Program-made: the position numbers and the translations under genes
Source: an uncultured Massilimicrobiota sp.
GTDB lineage: Bacteria > Bacillota_I > Bacilli_A > Erysipelotrichales > Coprobacillaceae
Length of the DNA: 64,000 nt
Reading direction: 5' to 3'
Assembly (NCBI GenBank): GCA_944326805.1
Contig: CALVFK010000001.1
Location: forward strand, 83,856-147,855
The notes under the pieces: generated by a model
What the model saw: only the letters and a program-made list of their open reading frames with translations
Told to the model about the DNA's origin: nothing
The model's database searches: none
Shown here: piece by piece, positions 43,231 through 53,278 of the stretch
Position numbering within the stretch: position 1 is the first letter of the stretch
Layout of the letters: each line of letters begins with the position of its first letter

Positions 43231-44505
43231 CTATTTTTCCTCCAAATCATTATATTCACCATTAACAATATTAGCAACAATACGACCATAACATTCTGCC
43301 CCTAAAAAAGGTGTATTAGCAGATTTTGATTTCAAATCTTTTTCTTCAATAATAAAATGTTCATTCAAATCAAAGATACATAAATTAGCTAATGAACCTT
43401 CCTGAATTTGACAGTCCAAATGTAAAACTTGAGCTGGTCCTACTGTCAAAGCATCCAAGATTGTTTCTAAAGACACAAGCTTCTTCTTGACAAGATAAGT
43501 ATACAACAATGAAAAAGCATGTTGTAAGCCAATAATACCAAATGGTGCTTTTTCAATACTTGTCGCTTTTTCTTCTCTGGCATGTGGCGCATGGTCTGTC
43601 GCAATAACCGTAATTGTTTTATCTTTCAAACCTTTGATTAATGCCTGATGATCCTCTTTGCTTCTTAATGGTGGATTCATTTTATATTGTGGTGAACAAT
43701 CTTGAATATTATCTTCTGTCAAAATCAAATGATGTGGTGATGCTTCACCAGAAACACATAATCCTTCCTGTCTTGCCTGACGTAATAAATCAACCGTTTC
43801 TTTTGTGGAAATATGGCAAATATGATAACGATTATGATATTGTCTGACAATATTTAAATCTCTTGCTACTTGTTTATATTCTGAAGCACTATTGATACCT
43901 ATAAGATGATGTTCTTGAGCGTAATGTCCTTCATGAATACATCCTCCATGTAATTCACTTTCATCTTCACAATGAGCAACAATAATGGAATCCAGATTTC
44001 CAGCCAGTTGCATAGCTAAATCCATCATTTCATCATTTTGGACACCCTTGCCATCATCCGAGAACCCTAACACAATATCCTCTTGAACAAGTTGCGCCAT
44101 ATCCACAAGTTTTTGACCTTTTAAATTTTCAGTAATCGCACTATATGTATAAACATTAACATAGGCATCATGAGTTACTCTCTGTTTAAAATCTTCAATA
44201 GCTTCCAGGTCATCCATACATGGTAAAGTATTTGCCATAGCTACAATCGTTCCATATCCTCCATATAAAGCACTTAAGCTCCCTGTACGAATGGTTTCTT
44301 TGTGTTCAAAACCCGGTTCTCTTAAATGTGTATGTATATCTATGAAATTATGTGAAGCATATTTTCCCTGTAAATCAATTACTGGTTCAAAACCTGTAAT
44401 ATTTTCATCAATCTTTTCAATATATCCATTTTTCACAAGAATATCTGTTTTCTTAAAAACACCTTGGTGATATAAATGAACATTTTTCAACAAATAACTA
44501 TTCAT
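43231..44505 (-). CDS. pyrC: Dihydroorotase
   Basis: DIHTHLREPG, FSDDG, KMNPPLR, ATDHAPH. Confidence 0.95.
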   Translation of the reverse strand: MNSYLLKNVHLYHQGVFKKTDILVKNGYIEKIDENITGFEPVIDLQGKYASHNFIDIHTHLREPGFEHKETIRTGSLSALYGGYGTIVAMANTLPCMDDLEAIEDFKQRVTHDAYVNVYTYSAITENLKGQKLVDMAQLVQEDIVLGFSDDGKGVQNDEMMDLAMQLAGNLDSIIVAHCEDESELHGGCIHEGHYAQEHHLIGINSASEYKQVARDLNIVRQYHNRYHICHISTKETVDLLRQARQEGLCVSGEASPHHLILTEDNIQDCSPQYKMNPPLRSKEDHQALIKGLKDKTITVIATDHAPHAREEKATSIEKAPFGIIGLQHAFSLLYTYLVKKKLVSLETILDALTVGPAQVLHLDCQIQEGSLANLCIFDLNEHFIIEEKDLKSKSANTPFLGAECYGRIVANIVNGEYNDLEEK

Positions 44506-45370
44506 CTTCCAATACCTTATGAAGCATTGCCATTCTTACATAAACACCATTTCGCATTTGTGTAAAAATACGACTCTTCTCACTTTCTACTAATTCATCT
44601 TTAATCTCTACATCACGATTAATAGGTGCTGGATGCATAATAATCGCACGATCTTTTAAACGTTGATATCTTTCTAAAGATAATCCATAAATCTGGTGAT
44701 ATTTCTCTTTAGAAAAATTTTCATCTCCCACATGACGTTCATGTTGGACTCTTAACAGCATCACAACATCCATATCTTCAATGACATCATCAAAATCAAC
44801 ATAATGATAACCTTCCTGCTTATATTCTAAAGGTCCTGATGTATAAACATTCATACCTAGTCTTTGCATAACATGATAATTAGAATGTGCAACACGAGAA
44901 TGTAAAATATCACCAACAATCACCACATTCAAACCTTCAAAATGTCCAAATTCTTCTTTAATTGTCATCAAATCTAACAATGACTGTGAAGGGTGATTTC
45001 CTTTGCCATCTCCAGCATTAAGGATAGGCACATTTAGCTTTTCTAATTGTTTAAAATAATCTTCTTCAGGATGACGAATCACCAGTGCATCACAACCAAT
45101 ACTTTCAAATAATTTACAAGTATCATATAAAGTTTCACCTTTTTTCAAGCTGGAATTACTGGCTTCAAAATTTTGTGTTCGACATCCTAAATTTCCAGCT
45201 GCCATATCAAAACTATAATGTGTTCTTGTAGAAGGTTCAAAGAAAAGGTTCGCTACCACCTTTTTTTGATGATAATCAACAACTTTACCATTTTTAAAAG
45301 CAATTGCTTCATCAAGAATGTCTTGAATCTGTGCTAATGATAAATCATTTAAATCAACTATTTTTTTCAT
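44498..45370 (-). CDS. pyrB: Aspartate carbamoyltransferase catalytic subunit
   Basis: FFEPSTRT, HPSQSLLD, RVQHER, MHPAP. Confidence 0.96.
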   Translation of the reverse strand: MKKIVDLNDLSLAQIQDILDEAIAFKNGKVVDYHQKKVVANLFFEPSTRTHYSFDMAAGNLGCRTQNFEASNSSLKKGETLYDTCKLFESIGCDALVIRHPEEDYFKQLEKLNVPILNAGDGKGNHPSQSLLDLMTIKEEFGHFEGLNVVIVGDILHSRVAHSNYHVMQRLGMNVYTSGPLEYKQEGYHYVDFDDVIEDMDVVMLLRVQHERHVGDENFSKEKYHQIYGLSLERYQRLKDRAIIMHPAPINRDVEIKDELVESEKSRIFTQMRNGVYVRMAMLHKVLEDE

Positions 45371-45858
45371 AAAGCCTCCTTGTTTTTCTTAAATTTTTTA
45401 TGTAAAGCTTCTTCAACAACAGGTGGAACAAGCCCTGTCACATGATGCTGATGAGAAGCCATTTCTTTGACCGATGAAGATGAAATAAAGGAATGATTTG
45501 GTCTTGTCATAAAGAAAACCATATCTACACTATCATCCAGATATTGATTAGAAAAAGCCATCTGTAATTCATATTCAAAATCCATTGTGGCTCTTAATCC
45601 TCTAACCAATATCGGCGCATTCATTTTTTTAGCATATGATACTGCCAGATCTTGACTATAATCAACACGTACGTTATCAAAACAACTTGTCACTTCTTTT
45701 AATAATTCTATACGTTCTTCCAAAGAAAATAATGTTGTCTTTTGAGGATTGACAAAAATAGTCACATACAAAATATCGTACATTTTACTCGCACGTTCAA
45801 TAATATCTAAATGTCCACTTGTGACTGGATCAAATGTTCCCGCATAAACTGCATTCAT
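45367..45858 (-). CDS. coaD: Phosphopantetheine adenylyltransferase
   Basis: GTFDPVTSGH, RGLR..DFEYE, ISSSSVKE. Confidence 0.96.
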   Translation of the reverse strand: MNAVYAGTFDPVTSGHLDIIERASKMYDILYVTIFVNPQKTTLFSLEERIELLKEVTSCFDNVRVDYSQDLAVSYAKKMNAPILVRGLRATMDFEYELQMAFSNQYLDDSVDMVFFMTRPNHSFISSSSVKEMASHQHHVTGLVPPVVEEALHKKFKKNKEAL

Positions 45859-46415
45859 GATTTTTTCTCCTTATAAACTAATATCTGTAATGATGTAATT
45901 CCATAATTTTGTTGTTTCTTTAAAACAAAAGGTTCTTTTACATCAATGGCTTCTTCTTTTAAATCTTCAATGACAATGATGCATTGATCACAAAGCATAT
46001 GATGTTCAACTAGAAAATCCAAGATTTTTTGATGAATTTTCATTTGATAAGGGGGATCTAATAAAACCAGATGAAAACTGACTTGTTCCTGTGCTAATTT
46101 CAATAAAGCTTTACTATAATCCAGCTTATAGACATGAACCTGATTTTCAATACCTAGTGTCTTTATATTGTGTTGAATAGTCGCAAAAGCGCGATATTGT
46201 TTATCAACACTGTATAATTCATCCATCCCTCGACTAATAGCTTCAATTCCCAAACCACCACTACCAGCAAATAAATCCAGACATCGTCCTCCTTCAAAAT
46301 AAGGACCTATCATATTAAATAAATTTTCTTTATTTTTATCCGTTGTTGGTCTTGTCAATTTAGAATCAACACTTTTCAACTGTCGACTTTTCAATTTTCC
46401 TGCAATGACTCTCAT
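45855..46415 (-). CDS. rsmD: 16S rRNA m2G966 methyltransferase
   Basis: MRVIAG, TRPT, DLFAGSG, DPPY. Confidence 0.95.
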   Translation of the reverse strand: MRVIAGKLKSRQLKSVDSKLTRPTTDKNKENLFNMIGPYFEGGRCLDLFAGSGGLGIEAISRGMDELYSVDKQYRAFATIQHNIKTLGIENQVHVYKLDYSKALLKLAQEQVSFHLVLLDPPYQMKIHQKILDFLVEHHMLCDQCIIVIEDLKEEAIDVKEPFVLKKQQNYGITSLQILVYKEKKS

Positions 46416-46424
46416 TTTCCTACC

Positions 46425-46772
46425 TCATAACTGATAACGTTCTATTTTTAAATCACAACTGATATTTTGAAAAACCACTTGTGTCACTTCTTCTAATAAA
46501 TCATTCAATTGATGATAAGACTGATAATACTCCTGAATATCTAAATTTTGATTCATTTCCTGATAAACTTCCTGTAACTGTTTTTTTAATTCAGTTTGTC
46601 CAACATCAAAAGAATAATCTCTCATTTTTAAATAATCTTCCATTAACGTCTGATATCTTGATAACAAAGCTATCGTCTGACTCTGATTAAGTCGACTTAC
46701 AGCCTCTTGATAACGAATAAACTCATCTGTTTTCATAATCGCTTCAATCAATGCATCAATCTTTTCATACAT
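46425..46772 (-). CDS. ylbF: YlbF/Com_YlbF family regulator
   Basis: Helical protein with EFIRYQEA...LLEEV..VVF pattern; ylbD-ylbE-ylbF synteny. Confidence 0.7.
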   Translation of the reverse strand: MYEKIDALIEAIMKTDEFIRYQEAVSRLNQSQTIALLSRYQTLMEDYLKMRDYSFDVGQTELKKQLQEVYQEMNQNLDIQEYYQSYHQLNDLLEEVTQVVFQNISCDLKIERYQL

Positions 46773-46781
46773 AACTTTCAC

Positions 46782-46967
46782 CTATAATAACATTTCTAAC
46801 ATCTGTAATAGTGTTCCCACTCTTTCAATACGATCAGCAAAAGTCATTTTATTTTCAATCTTATATTGCTGGATAAGAGCAGGAAACTCTTGAGGATATC
46901 GTGATAAAATCAAATACCATTTAGGATGCATTCTTAAGTATTGGCGTAATGACTCATCAATCATCAT
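46782..46967 (-). CDS. ylbE: YlbE-like protein
   Basis: LRQYLRMHPKWYLILSRYP motif. Confidence 0.8.
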   Translation of the reverse strand: MMIDESLRQYLRMHPKWYLILSRYPQEFPALIQQYKIENKMTFADRIERVGTLLQMLEMLL

Positions 46968-47265
46968 ACCACTGTCTATTTTGTGTCTTAGGCTGTTCCT
47001 TTACAACAAAGGTACTAACTAAATCTAAAATTTTCTGTAATCCTTCAAAACTTTTAGACAATGCATCCAAATCAATATTTTTTAAAATATCAAGCATTCC
47101 AGTTAAATCCATATGAGTTTTCTTATAAGGATCCCACATTGGATCATCTTCACCATATAAAACATAAAATTCATAAAGCTGCTGCCATGTATAATGTCCA
47201 TTAACAACTTCTTCTCTGATAGCTGGAATTGTTTTCACAAAAGCCTTAAAATCATCTATTTGCAT
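46957..47265 (-). CDS. ylbD: Spore coat protein YlbD-like
   Basis: FKAFVK.P, TWQQLYEFYVLYGEDD.W motifs; weak sigmaE-like GAACAAA-N13-CATATCTT upstream. Confidence 0.8.
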   Translation of the reverse strand: MQIDDFKAFVKTIPAIREEVVNGHYTWQQLYEFYVLYGEDDPMWDPYKKTHMDLTGMLDILKNIDLDALSKSFEGLQKILDLVSTFVVKEQPKTQNRQWYDD

Positions 47266-47294
47266 ATATCTCACCCATAATAAGATATGCAAGA

Positions 47295-48509
47295 CTACTC
47301 CATTTGTTCTTTTAAAAGATCTCGATTATATCTTGCAATAAGAGATTGTGCTATACCCAACCCCATCATAGCTGCTAAAGTTGATGAACCCCCTGAAGAA
47401 ATCAGTAATAAAGGAACACCTGTCATAGGAATAAATCCCGAAACTCCACCTACATTGACTAATAGATGGGTAAAAAAGTAAAGCCCTACACCATAAAGAA
47501 TTAATTTACTTTTGGTATCTTTAATTTTTAAACCATAATGAAACATTTTATATATAATAATGACATAAGGAATTAAGAACAACAGAAAACCAGCCAAACC
47601 TAATTCTTCATATATAATAGCTACAATAAAATCATTATGAGATTCTGGAATATATCCATATTTTTGGGTTGACGCTCCAAAGCCTTTACCAAACAAACCA
47701 CCAGATGTAAAAGCAATCAATGCGTTGGTTAACTGCCAGCCATCTCCCTCAATATCCCCCAAAGGATTTAACCATGTATAAATACGTCCTAACTGATAAG
47801 GTTTTAAAATAAAGGTTGCTGATAAACAAATAAAAATGATACCAATAACCAATAAAACAAGTGAGGCTTTTTTATATTTAGAGTAATATGGTCGAGGAGT
47901 AATAAAAAATAACATCATACAAATAAAAGCTAAAATTATAGAACTCCCCATATCCCTTTGTAATAATACTCCTACAAGGAAAGCAACAATAATAGCAACA
48001 ATAGGTCTAAATACACAGTACCATGCTTTACGTTTTTGTAATTCTTCTTTTTTCTGGCGACTGATATTTCGTGGAATCTGACAATACTCTTCTATTTCTC
48101 CAAAATGGAACGAAAGAAAAAGAATCATAATAATTTTCATAAACTCTGCTGGTTGCAAAGAAAAAGGACCTAAACGAATCCAGGCATGAGAACCTTTTCC
48201 ATCTTCAAAAAACAAACAAACCAGCATTAGCACTAATCCAATACCGTAGTATACCCACGTTGAATTAGCTTCCACCCAGCTTCTTTTAAAACAGCGCGTT
48301 AAAAAAATCATGATCCCAAAGCCTACCAGTACAAAGATGGTCTGTTTAATCATATTCATAGAAGCATACATAGCTCCCATTTTTGCAGATTGTCCAACTG
48401 ATGCACTTCCAATCATCACAATTCCATATATCGTTAAAATAACCACGCAAAAATAAACAGTTTTATCAACACCACGTCTTTTGAAAATTCTTTTTAATAA
48501 ATTTATCAT
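47295..48509 (-). CDS. ftsW: FtsW/RodA/SpoVE family peptidoglycan polymerase
   Basis: WIRLG..QPAEFMK, D.GS, PESHNDF, GVPLLLISSGGSS. Confidence 0.88.
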   Translation of the reverse strand: MINLLKRIFKRRGVDKTVYFCVVILTIYGIVMIGSASVGQSAKMGAMYASMNMIKQTIFVLVGFGIMIFLTRCFKRSWVEANSTWVYYGIGLVLMLVCLFFEDGKGSHAWIRLGPFSLQPAEFMKIIMILFLSFHFGEIEEYCQIPRNISRQKKEELQKRKAWYCVFRPIVAIIVAFLVGVLLQRDMGSSIILAFICMMLFFITPRPYYSKYKKASLVLLVIGIIFICLSATFILKPYQLGRIYTWLNPLGDIEGDGWQLTNALIAFTSGGLFGKGFGASTQKYGYIPESHNDFIVAIIYEELGLAGFLLFLIPYVIIIYKMFHYGLKIKDTKSKLILYGVGLYFFTHLLVNVGGVSGFIPMTGVPLLLISSGGSSTLAAMMGLGIAQSLIARYNRDLLKEQME

Positions 48510-48775
48510 CGCATGTCAATCCAATCATGATCTTTTGCTTTTTGAAAAACCTGATATATAGAATAATGAGAAACTTTTTCAAAAGCAGCATCAATTTGTT
48601 TTTGTTCACTCTTAGAATCAACAACTTTTATATATTGACGATAACATTTCATAAAATCATCTTTAGAGATACCTTCTTCATATGCTTTTTCTACAGCGTT
48701 ATACAACGCCATAACATCAATAATATCCTGTGTATCCCAAAATGGACTTAATGGATAATCGTACATCTTCTTCAC
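48506..48775 (-). CDS. UPF0223 family protein
   Basis: YDYPL..W.TQDI, VEKAYE.GI, SKSEQK, YSIY. Confidence 0.85.
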   Translation of the reverse strand: MKKMYDYPLSPFWDTQDIIDVMALYNAVEKAYEEGISKDDFMKCYRQYIKVVDSKSEQKQIDAAFEKVSHYSIYQVFQKAKDHDWIDMR

Positions 48776-48890
48776 TTCCTATCTTTTTTCATATTATACA
48801 TGATATGAATTAAAAATAAAATAAGAATTGGGTAGAAACACTAGCAAATTTGTAAATAAAGAATAGTTTAAAGTGAAAGGAGGGATTTGA

Positions 48891-49106
48891 ATGAACTCTT
48901 GTTATAATTATGGAGGATGTGGCTGCAATAGCTTTATGCCAACATTTGGATGTAATCCATTTGGTTGCAGTGGATGCTATAATAGTTATCCTGTCATGAC
49001 AACTGGTTGTGGAGGTTTTGGATATGGCAATGGATGTACTTGGTTTGCGATTGTTTTAGTTGTCTTCTTATTGCTTATTATCTGTGGTTGCACAAAAATC
49101 TGTTAA
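48891..49106 (+). CDS. YjcZ/SscA-family small sporulation membrane protein, Cys/Gly-rich
   Basis: C-terminal FAIVLVVFLLLIICG signature; RBS AAAGGAGG; terminator hairpin at about 49111-49140. Confidence 0.75.
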   Translation: MNSCYNYGGCGCNSFMPTFGCNPFGCSGCYNSYPVMTTGCGGFGYGNGCTWFAIVLVVFLLLIICGCTKIC

Positions 49107-49180
49107 TCTAAAAAATATGCTAGATTTCTAGCATATTTTTATTGTTTATGATACAATACTTGGCGAGGTGAATTAACAAC

Positions 49181-49750
49181 ATGATTTTAATGAAAGATAT
49201 TATTGATGATCATCATCCTTTAATCCGTGAAATTTCTCAGCCTGTGGCAATGCCATTAAGTCAGGAAGATGAACAATTATTGCTGGATATGCACGAGTTT
49301 CTTGTCAATTCACAGGATGAAGACATTTCTGAAAAATATCAGTTACGTCCAGCAGTCGGTATTGCAGCTGTACAATTAGGTGTTTTAAAAAGAATGTGTG
49401 CTATTCATGTTTTGACATATGATCACGATGGAAATATAAAAAAAGCAGACGACTATGCTCTTGTTAATCCTAAAATTGTATCATATACAGAAAAACAATC
49501 TTATTTAAAAGATGGTGAAGGATGCTTAAGTGTCAACGAAGAAAGAGAGGGCTATGTGCCAAGACATGCTAAAGTTACTGTCAAAGGCTATGATGTTTTA
49601 ACTCATCAAGATGTAACCATTGTTGCAAGAGGTTTCTTATCAATCTGTCTACAGCACGAACTTGATCACTTTGATGGTGTTCTATTCTATGATCACATTA
49701 ATAAAAACAATCCTAAAGCACCAATTGCTAACGCAATGATTGTAGAATAA
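49181..49750 (+). CDS. def: Peptide deformylase
   Basis: VGIAAVQ, EGCLS, QHELDH. Confidence 0.96.
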   Translation: MILMKDIIDDHHPLIREISQPVAMPLSQEDEQLLLDMHEFLVNSQDEDISEKYQLRPAVGIAAVQLGVLKRMCAIHVLTYDHDGNIKKADDYALVNPKIVSYTEKQSYLKDGEGCLSVNEEREGYVPRHAKVTVKGYDVLTHQDVTIVARGFLSICLQHELDHFDGVLFYDHINKNNPKAPIANAMIVE

Positions 49751-49861
49751 AATGATATATTATCTTTTGAAATGATTTCCAAAATGGAAATCTTTTTTTG
49801 TATAAACATATCTCAGATATCAAAAAAAGAACTATGATTGATAAATCATAATTCTTTTTTA

Positions 49862-51139
49862 TTAATCAATTTGTTCAAACGCCTGATTCAAATCATCAAT
49901 CAAATCTTCAACATTTTCTAACCCTACAGAAATACGAATTGTTCCTTGTTGAACTCCCCCAGCTAGTCTTTCTTCTTCACTCATCTGTGCATGTGTTGTT
50001 GAAGCAGGATGCGTTAATAAACTTCTTGAATCAGCAAAATTCGTTACATGAGTAAATAATTGGATATGATTAATAACTGATTTTCCAGCTTCTAAACCAC
50101 CTTTAACACCAAAAGTAAATAAACCACCAAATCCCTTTGGAAAATATTTCTGACATAACTCATATGAATCATGTCCTTCTAATTCCGCATAACTTACCCA
50201 CTCCACTTTTTCATGATTTTGAAGGAAATGAGCAATTTTTCTTGAGTTTTCAACATGTCTATCCATACGTAATGATAATGTTTCCAATCCAAGCAAAGTC
50301 ATATAAGCATTAAACGGTGACATACATCCACCTAAATCACGCAATGTTTTTGCGACAGCTTTCGTACAAAAAGCACTTTTTCCTAAATCAGCATAAACAA
50401 TATCATGATATGCTTTATCCGGTGTCGTCATTAATGGATATCTTTCATTATGCCAGTCGAAATTCCCACTGTCTACAATAATTCCACCCATGACATTACC
50501 ATGTCCAGCAATATATTTTGTTGTAGAATAAACAACCAAATCAGCACCATGTTCAATAGGTCTAAATAAATAAGGTGTTGGTGTCGTATTATCCACAACA
50601 AATAACAGATGATGACGATGACAAATTTCACTAATCGCATCAAAATCTAACATATCCCCATTAGGATTACCTACAGATTCAACAAAAATCATTTTTGTTT
50701 TCTCATTAATCAATGATTCCATTGTTTTTAGATCACGAGGATTAACAAAGTGAGAAGTAAATCCCATTCCTTGCATTGTTCCAGATAACGAACCAATCGT
50801 TCCCCCATATAAGTTATTGGCAGCAATAATTTCATCTCCACTTTGGCAGACAGTCATAATCAGCCCCATTATAGCTGCTGTTCCAGAAGCAAAAGCAATC
50901 GCTCCTACACCACCATCTAAAGCAGCCATTCTTTGTTGAAGAACATCTACCGTTGGATTAGATAAACGTGAATAAAAATATCCCCCTTCTTCTAAGGCAA
51001 AAATATTTTTTGCCTGATCAGCACTATCAAATGTAAAAGCATTAGATAAATAAAGTGGTACACCTGTTGCTTTTGTTACAGGATCAGGTTTTTGTCCTGC
51101 ATGTATCTGCAATGTTTCAAATTGATATTTCTTTGACAT
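49862..51139 (-). CDS. metY: O-acetylhomoserine aminocarboxypropyltransferase (MetY-type)
   Basis: YSRLSNPT, VDNT, STTKYIAGHG, HPASTTHAQ. Confidence 0.85.
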   Translation of the reverse strand: MSKKYQFETLQIHAGQKPDPVTKATGVPLYLSNAFTFDSADQAKNIFALEEGGYFYSRLSNPTVDVLQQRMAALDGGVGAIAFASGTAAIMGLIMTVCQSGDEIIAANNLYGGTIGSLSGTMQGMGFTSHFVNPRDLKTMESLINEKTKMIFVESVGNPNGDMLDFDAISEICHRHHLLFVVDNTTPTPYLFRPIEHGADLVVYSTTKYIAGHGNVMGGIIVDSGNFDWHNERYPLMTTPDKAYHDIVYADLGKSAFCTKAVAKTLRDLGGCMSPFNAYMTLLGLETLSLRMDRHVENSRKIAHFLQNHEKVEWVSYAELEGHDSYELCQKYFPKGFGGLFTFGVKGGLEAGKSVINHIQLFTHVTNFADSRSLLTHPASTTHAQMSEEERLAGGVQQGTIRISVGLENVEDLIDDLNQAFEQID

Positions 51140-51210
51140 TCATATTCCCCCTTTTATGAAAGATATTGTATCACAAATAAAATACAAAAAAAAGCTATTC
51201 CATAAATAGC

Positions 51211-51636
51211 TCAATAATAATGATTACAAATATTTACCATATCCTCAATATACACACGACCACCAGAAATAATATCATCATCTAAATGATGTTTTGTTTT
51301 AAATGATTTTTTACAAGAATATGTTTCTCTCATTAATGGTAAGTCTTGTTTTAAACATAATTGAATAATTTTTTCCATTTCTTTGCTTTTAAAACAAAAT
51401 AAGTTAAACAATGCCAGATTACGAATATGTTGACGAGATAGCTGACATATAAAGTTTTCTAATTCTTTATCCTTTAAACATGGATATTCTTCAAATCCAA
51501 TAACCAGAAGATCAATATCTTCCTGAAAAGAAAAATCAGTTATTGGTTTGGCATAAGTTCTTGCATATCTTGCCATGTCTTCAGCTAAAAGTTTTGCATC
51601 TTTGCAATGCGTTGTATAAACAACTTGAACTTTCAT
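51211..51636 (-). CDS. Flavodoxin-fold-like hypothetical protein
   Basis: VVYTT...AKLLAEDMA, DLLVIG, LALF pattern; FMN loop degenerate. Confidence 0.45.
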   Translation of the reverse strand: MKVQVVYTTHCKDAKLLAEDMARYARTYAKPITDFSFQEDIDLLVIGFEEYPCLKDKELENFICQLSRQHIRNLALFNLFCFKSKEMEKIIQLCLKQDLPLMRETYSCKKSFKTKHHLDDDIISGGRVYIEDMVNICNHYY

Positions 51637-51748
51637 AAAACCAGCCACCTTTCTATTTTATTATAAAAACAAAATATGAACTGAAAATAAACATGTGTCC
51701 TTATCGTTTCATAAATCCAATCATATGTTATGATGGAAGGAGGTTTAT

Positions 51749-52174
51749 ATGAATATTTTTCAAGAAGATAAAAACTGTTTTACACCATTTTATATGTCAA
51801 ATCAAACAAGACAATGTCAACCTGTTCTTTTTGATCCACAGGAAGCTATTTCATTAGGTAATTTATTTAAAGATCTCTATATGTCTTATCAGGGATTTTC
51901 TAATTATTGTCTACAACCTGAAAATGCACGCCAACAAGCATTACTAGAAGTTCAGATGTATCATTTTGTAGCACACGAAATCAATCTTTATCTTGACACT
52001 CATCCTCATGATGAAAAAATGATTCAGCTATATGAACAATATATTCAAAAAGCAAAACAAAGCCAAGATATATTTGAAAAGAGGTATGGACCTTTAGAAG
52101 TACAAAACACTCAAAATAAAATCCCATTTGAATGGATACAAGGTCCTTGGCCTTGGGAATATCAAAAAGATTAA
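51749..52174 (+). CDS. cotJB: Spore coat protein CotJA-CotJB fusion
   Basis: LFDPQEAISLGNLFKDLY (CotJA-like), then LYLDTHP...YGPL...WIQGPWPWE (CotJB); sigmaE-like -10 CATATGTT at 51722-51729. Confidence 0.8.
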   Translation: MNIFQEDKNCFTPFYMSNQTRQCQPVLFDPQEAISLGNLFKDLYMSYQGFSNYCLQPENARQQALLEVQMYHFVAHEINLYLDTHPHDEKMIQLYEQYIQKAKQSQDIFEKRYGPLEVQNTQNKIPFEWIQGPWPWEYQKD

Positions 52175-52186
52175 GGAGGTTTAAAA

Positions 52187-52768
52187 ATGTGGATTTATAG
52201 TAAGAAATTACAATACCCTATTTCTATTAAAAATAAAGACTTGTCTATGGCCAAATTCATCATTACACAATTTGGTGGTCCTAATGGTGAACTTGCTGCT
52301 TCAACACGTTATATCACACAACGTTATACAATGCCTGATGAAAAAGGAAAAGCTTTATTAACTGATATTGGTACTGAAGAACTTGGGCATATGGAAATGG
52401 TATCAACAATGGTTTATCAATTAACCCAGGGAGCAACGATGGAAGAAATTAAAGCTGCAGGTTTACAAAGTTATTATACTGAACATGGTTGTGCTTTATT
52501 CCCTAATGATGCCAATGGTGTTCCTTTTAATGCTATGGCCTTTTCATCAACTGGTGATCCCGTTGCTGATTTAGCAGAAGATTGTGCAGCAGAACAAAAA
52601 GCCAGAGCTGTTTATGAGAATTTGATGAATCAAACTCGTGATCCTGATTTACTTGCCCCATTATCTTTCTTACGACAACGTGAAATTGTTCATTATGAAA
52701 GATTTAGAGAACTTTATGAAGAATATGTCCAAAAATATTATCAACCTGATTTTCCTTCAAAATGTTAA
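52187..52768 (+). CDS. cotJC: Spore coat manganese catalase-like protein CotJC
   Basis: MWIYSKKLQYP, QFGGPNGEL, DIGTEELGH, REIVH. Confidence 0.93.
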   Translation: MWIYSKKLQYPISIKNKDLSMAKFIITQFGGPNGELAASTRYITQRYTMPDEKGKALLTDIGTEELGHMEMVSTMVYQLTQGATMEEIKAAGLQSYYTEHGCALFPNDANGVPFNAMAFSSTGDPVADLAEDCAAEQKARAVYENLMNQTRDPDLLAPLSFLRQREIVHYERFRELYEEYVQKYYQPDFPSKC

Positions 52769-52791
52769 AAACCCGAAAAATTCGGGTTTTT
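52767..52791. terminator. Bidirectional terminator
   Basis: AAAAACCCGAA-aaa-TTCGGGTTTTT between convergent genes. Confidence 0.8.
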
Positions 52792-53266
52792 ACTTTGCTG
52801 AAGCATAGGCAATAAATAATCCAATGAGTGCAACAATTGTTGTAAATAAATCTCCTACAATCAAACTACGAACACTCATGCTAAAAATGTCTATAAAAGA
52901 AACGAACTGAAAACTTATTCCCATTTCATGCAATGGAAGATAAATCATAGTCATTTCTCCTACAACATAACAAAAAGCAGTTAAAATGACACTTAAGATT
53001 GCCATCTGTGACGAATGAATCTGAGAAATCTTTGTAATAGCACTTGAAACAACAATAGCACATATCACATAAAAAAGTGATGAGGTGATATGCAAAGAAT
53101 GAATAACAATTCCTAAAACAACCCCTGCCCCAATAGCCGTTAATAGTCCTATCGCAATGACTTTACTCCATTGTGCATTGTCAAGAAATTGATCATTGTT
53201 AGAACGAAAATATTTCTTTGCTTCCTGTCTTTCTTTATATTCTTTATACTTATCTTGAAATGACAT
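52790..53266 (-). CDS. Hypothetical membrane protein (about 4 TM)
   Basis: Charged N-terminal tail then hydrophobic helices; RBS AGGAGGG. Confidence 0.75.
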   Translation of the reverse strand: MSFQDKYKEYKERQEAKKYFRSNNDQFLDNAQWSKVIAIGLLTAIGAGVVLGIVIHSLHITSSLFYVICAIVVSSAITKISQIHSSQMAILSVILTAFCYVVGEMTMIYLPLHEMGISFQFVSFIDIFSMSVRSLIVGDLFTTIVALIGLFIAYASAK

Positions 53267-53278
53267 AATACCCTCCTG

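Noticed and set aside
48891-49106. Cys-rich peptide as a RiPP (sactipeptide/thiopeptide) precursor
   Set aside because: C-terminus is the YjcZ TM signature and no radical SAM, YcaO or Lan enzymes are nearby
51140-51210. SAM riboswitch or T-box upstream of metY
   Set aside because: Only 71 nt, filled by a terminator, a -10 element and the RBS
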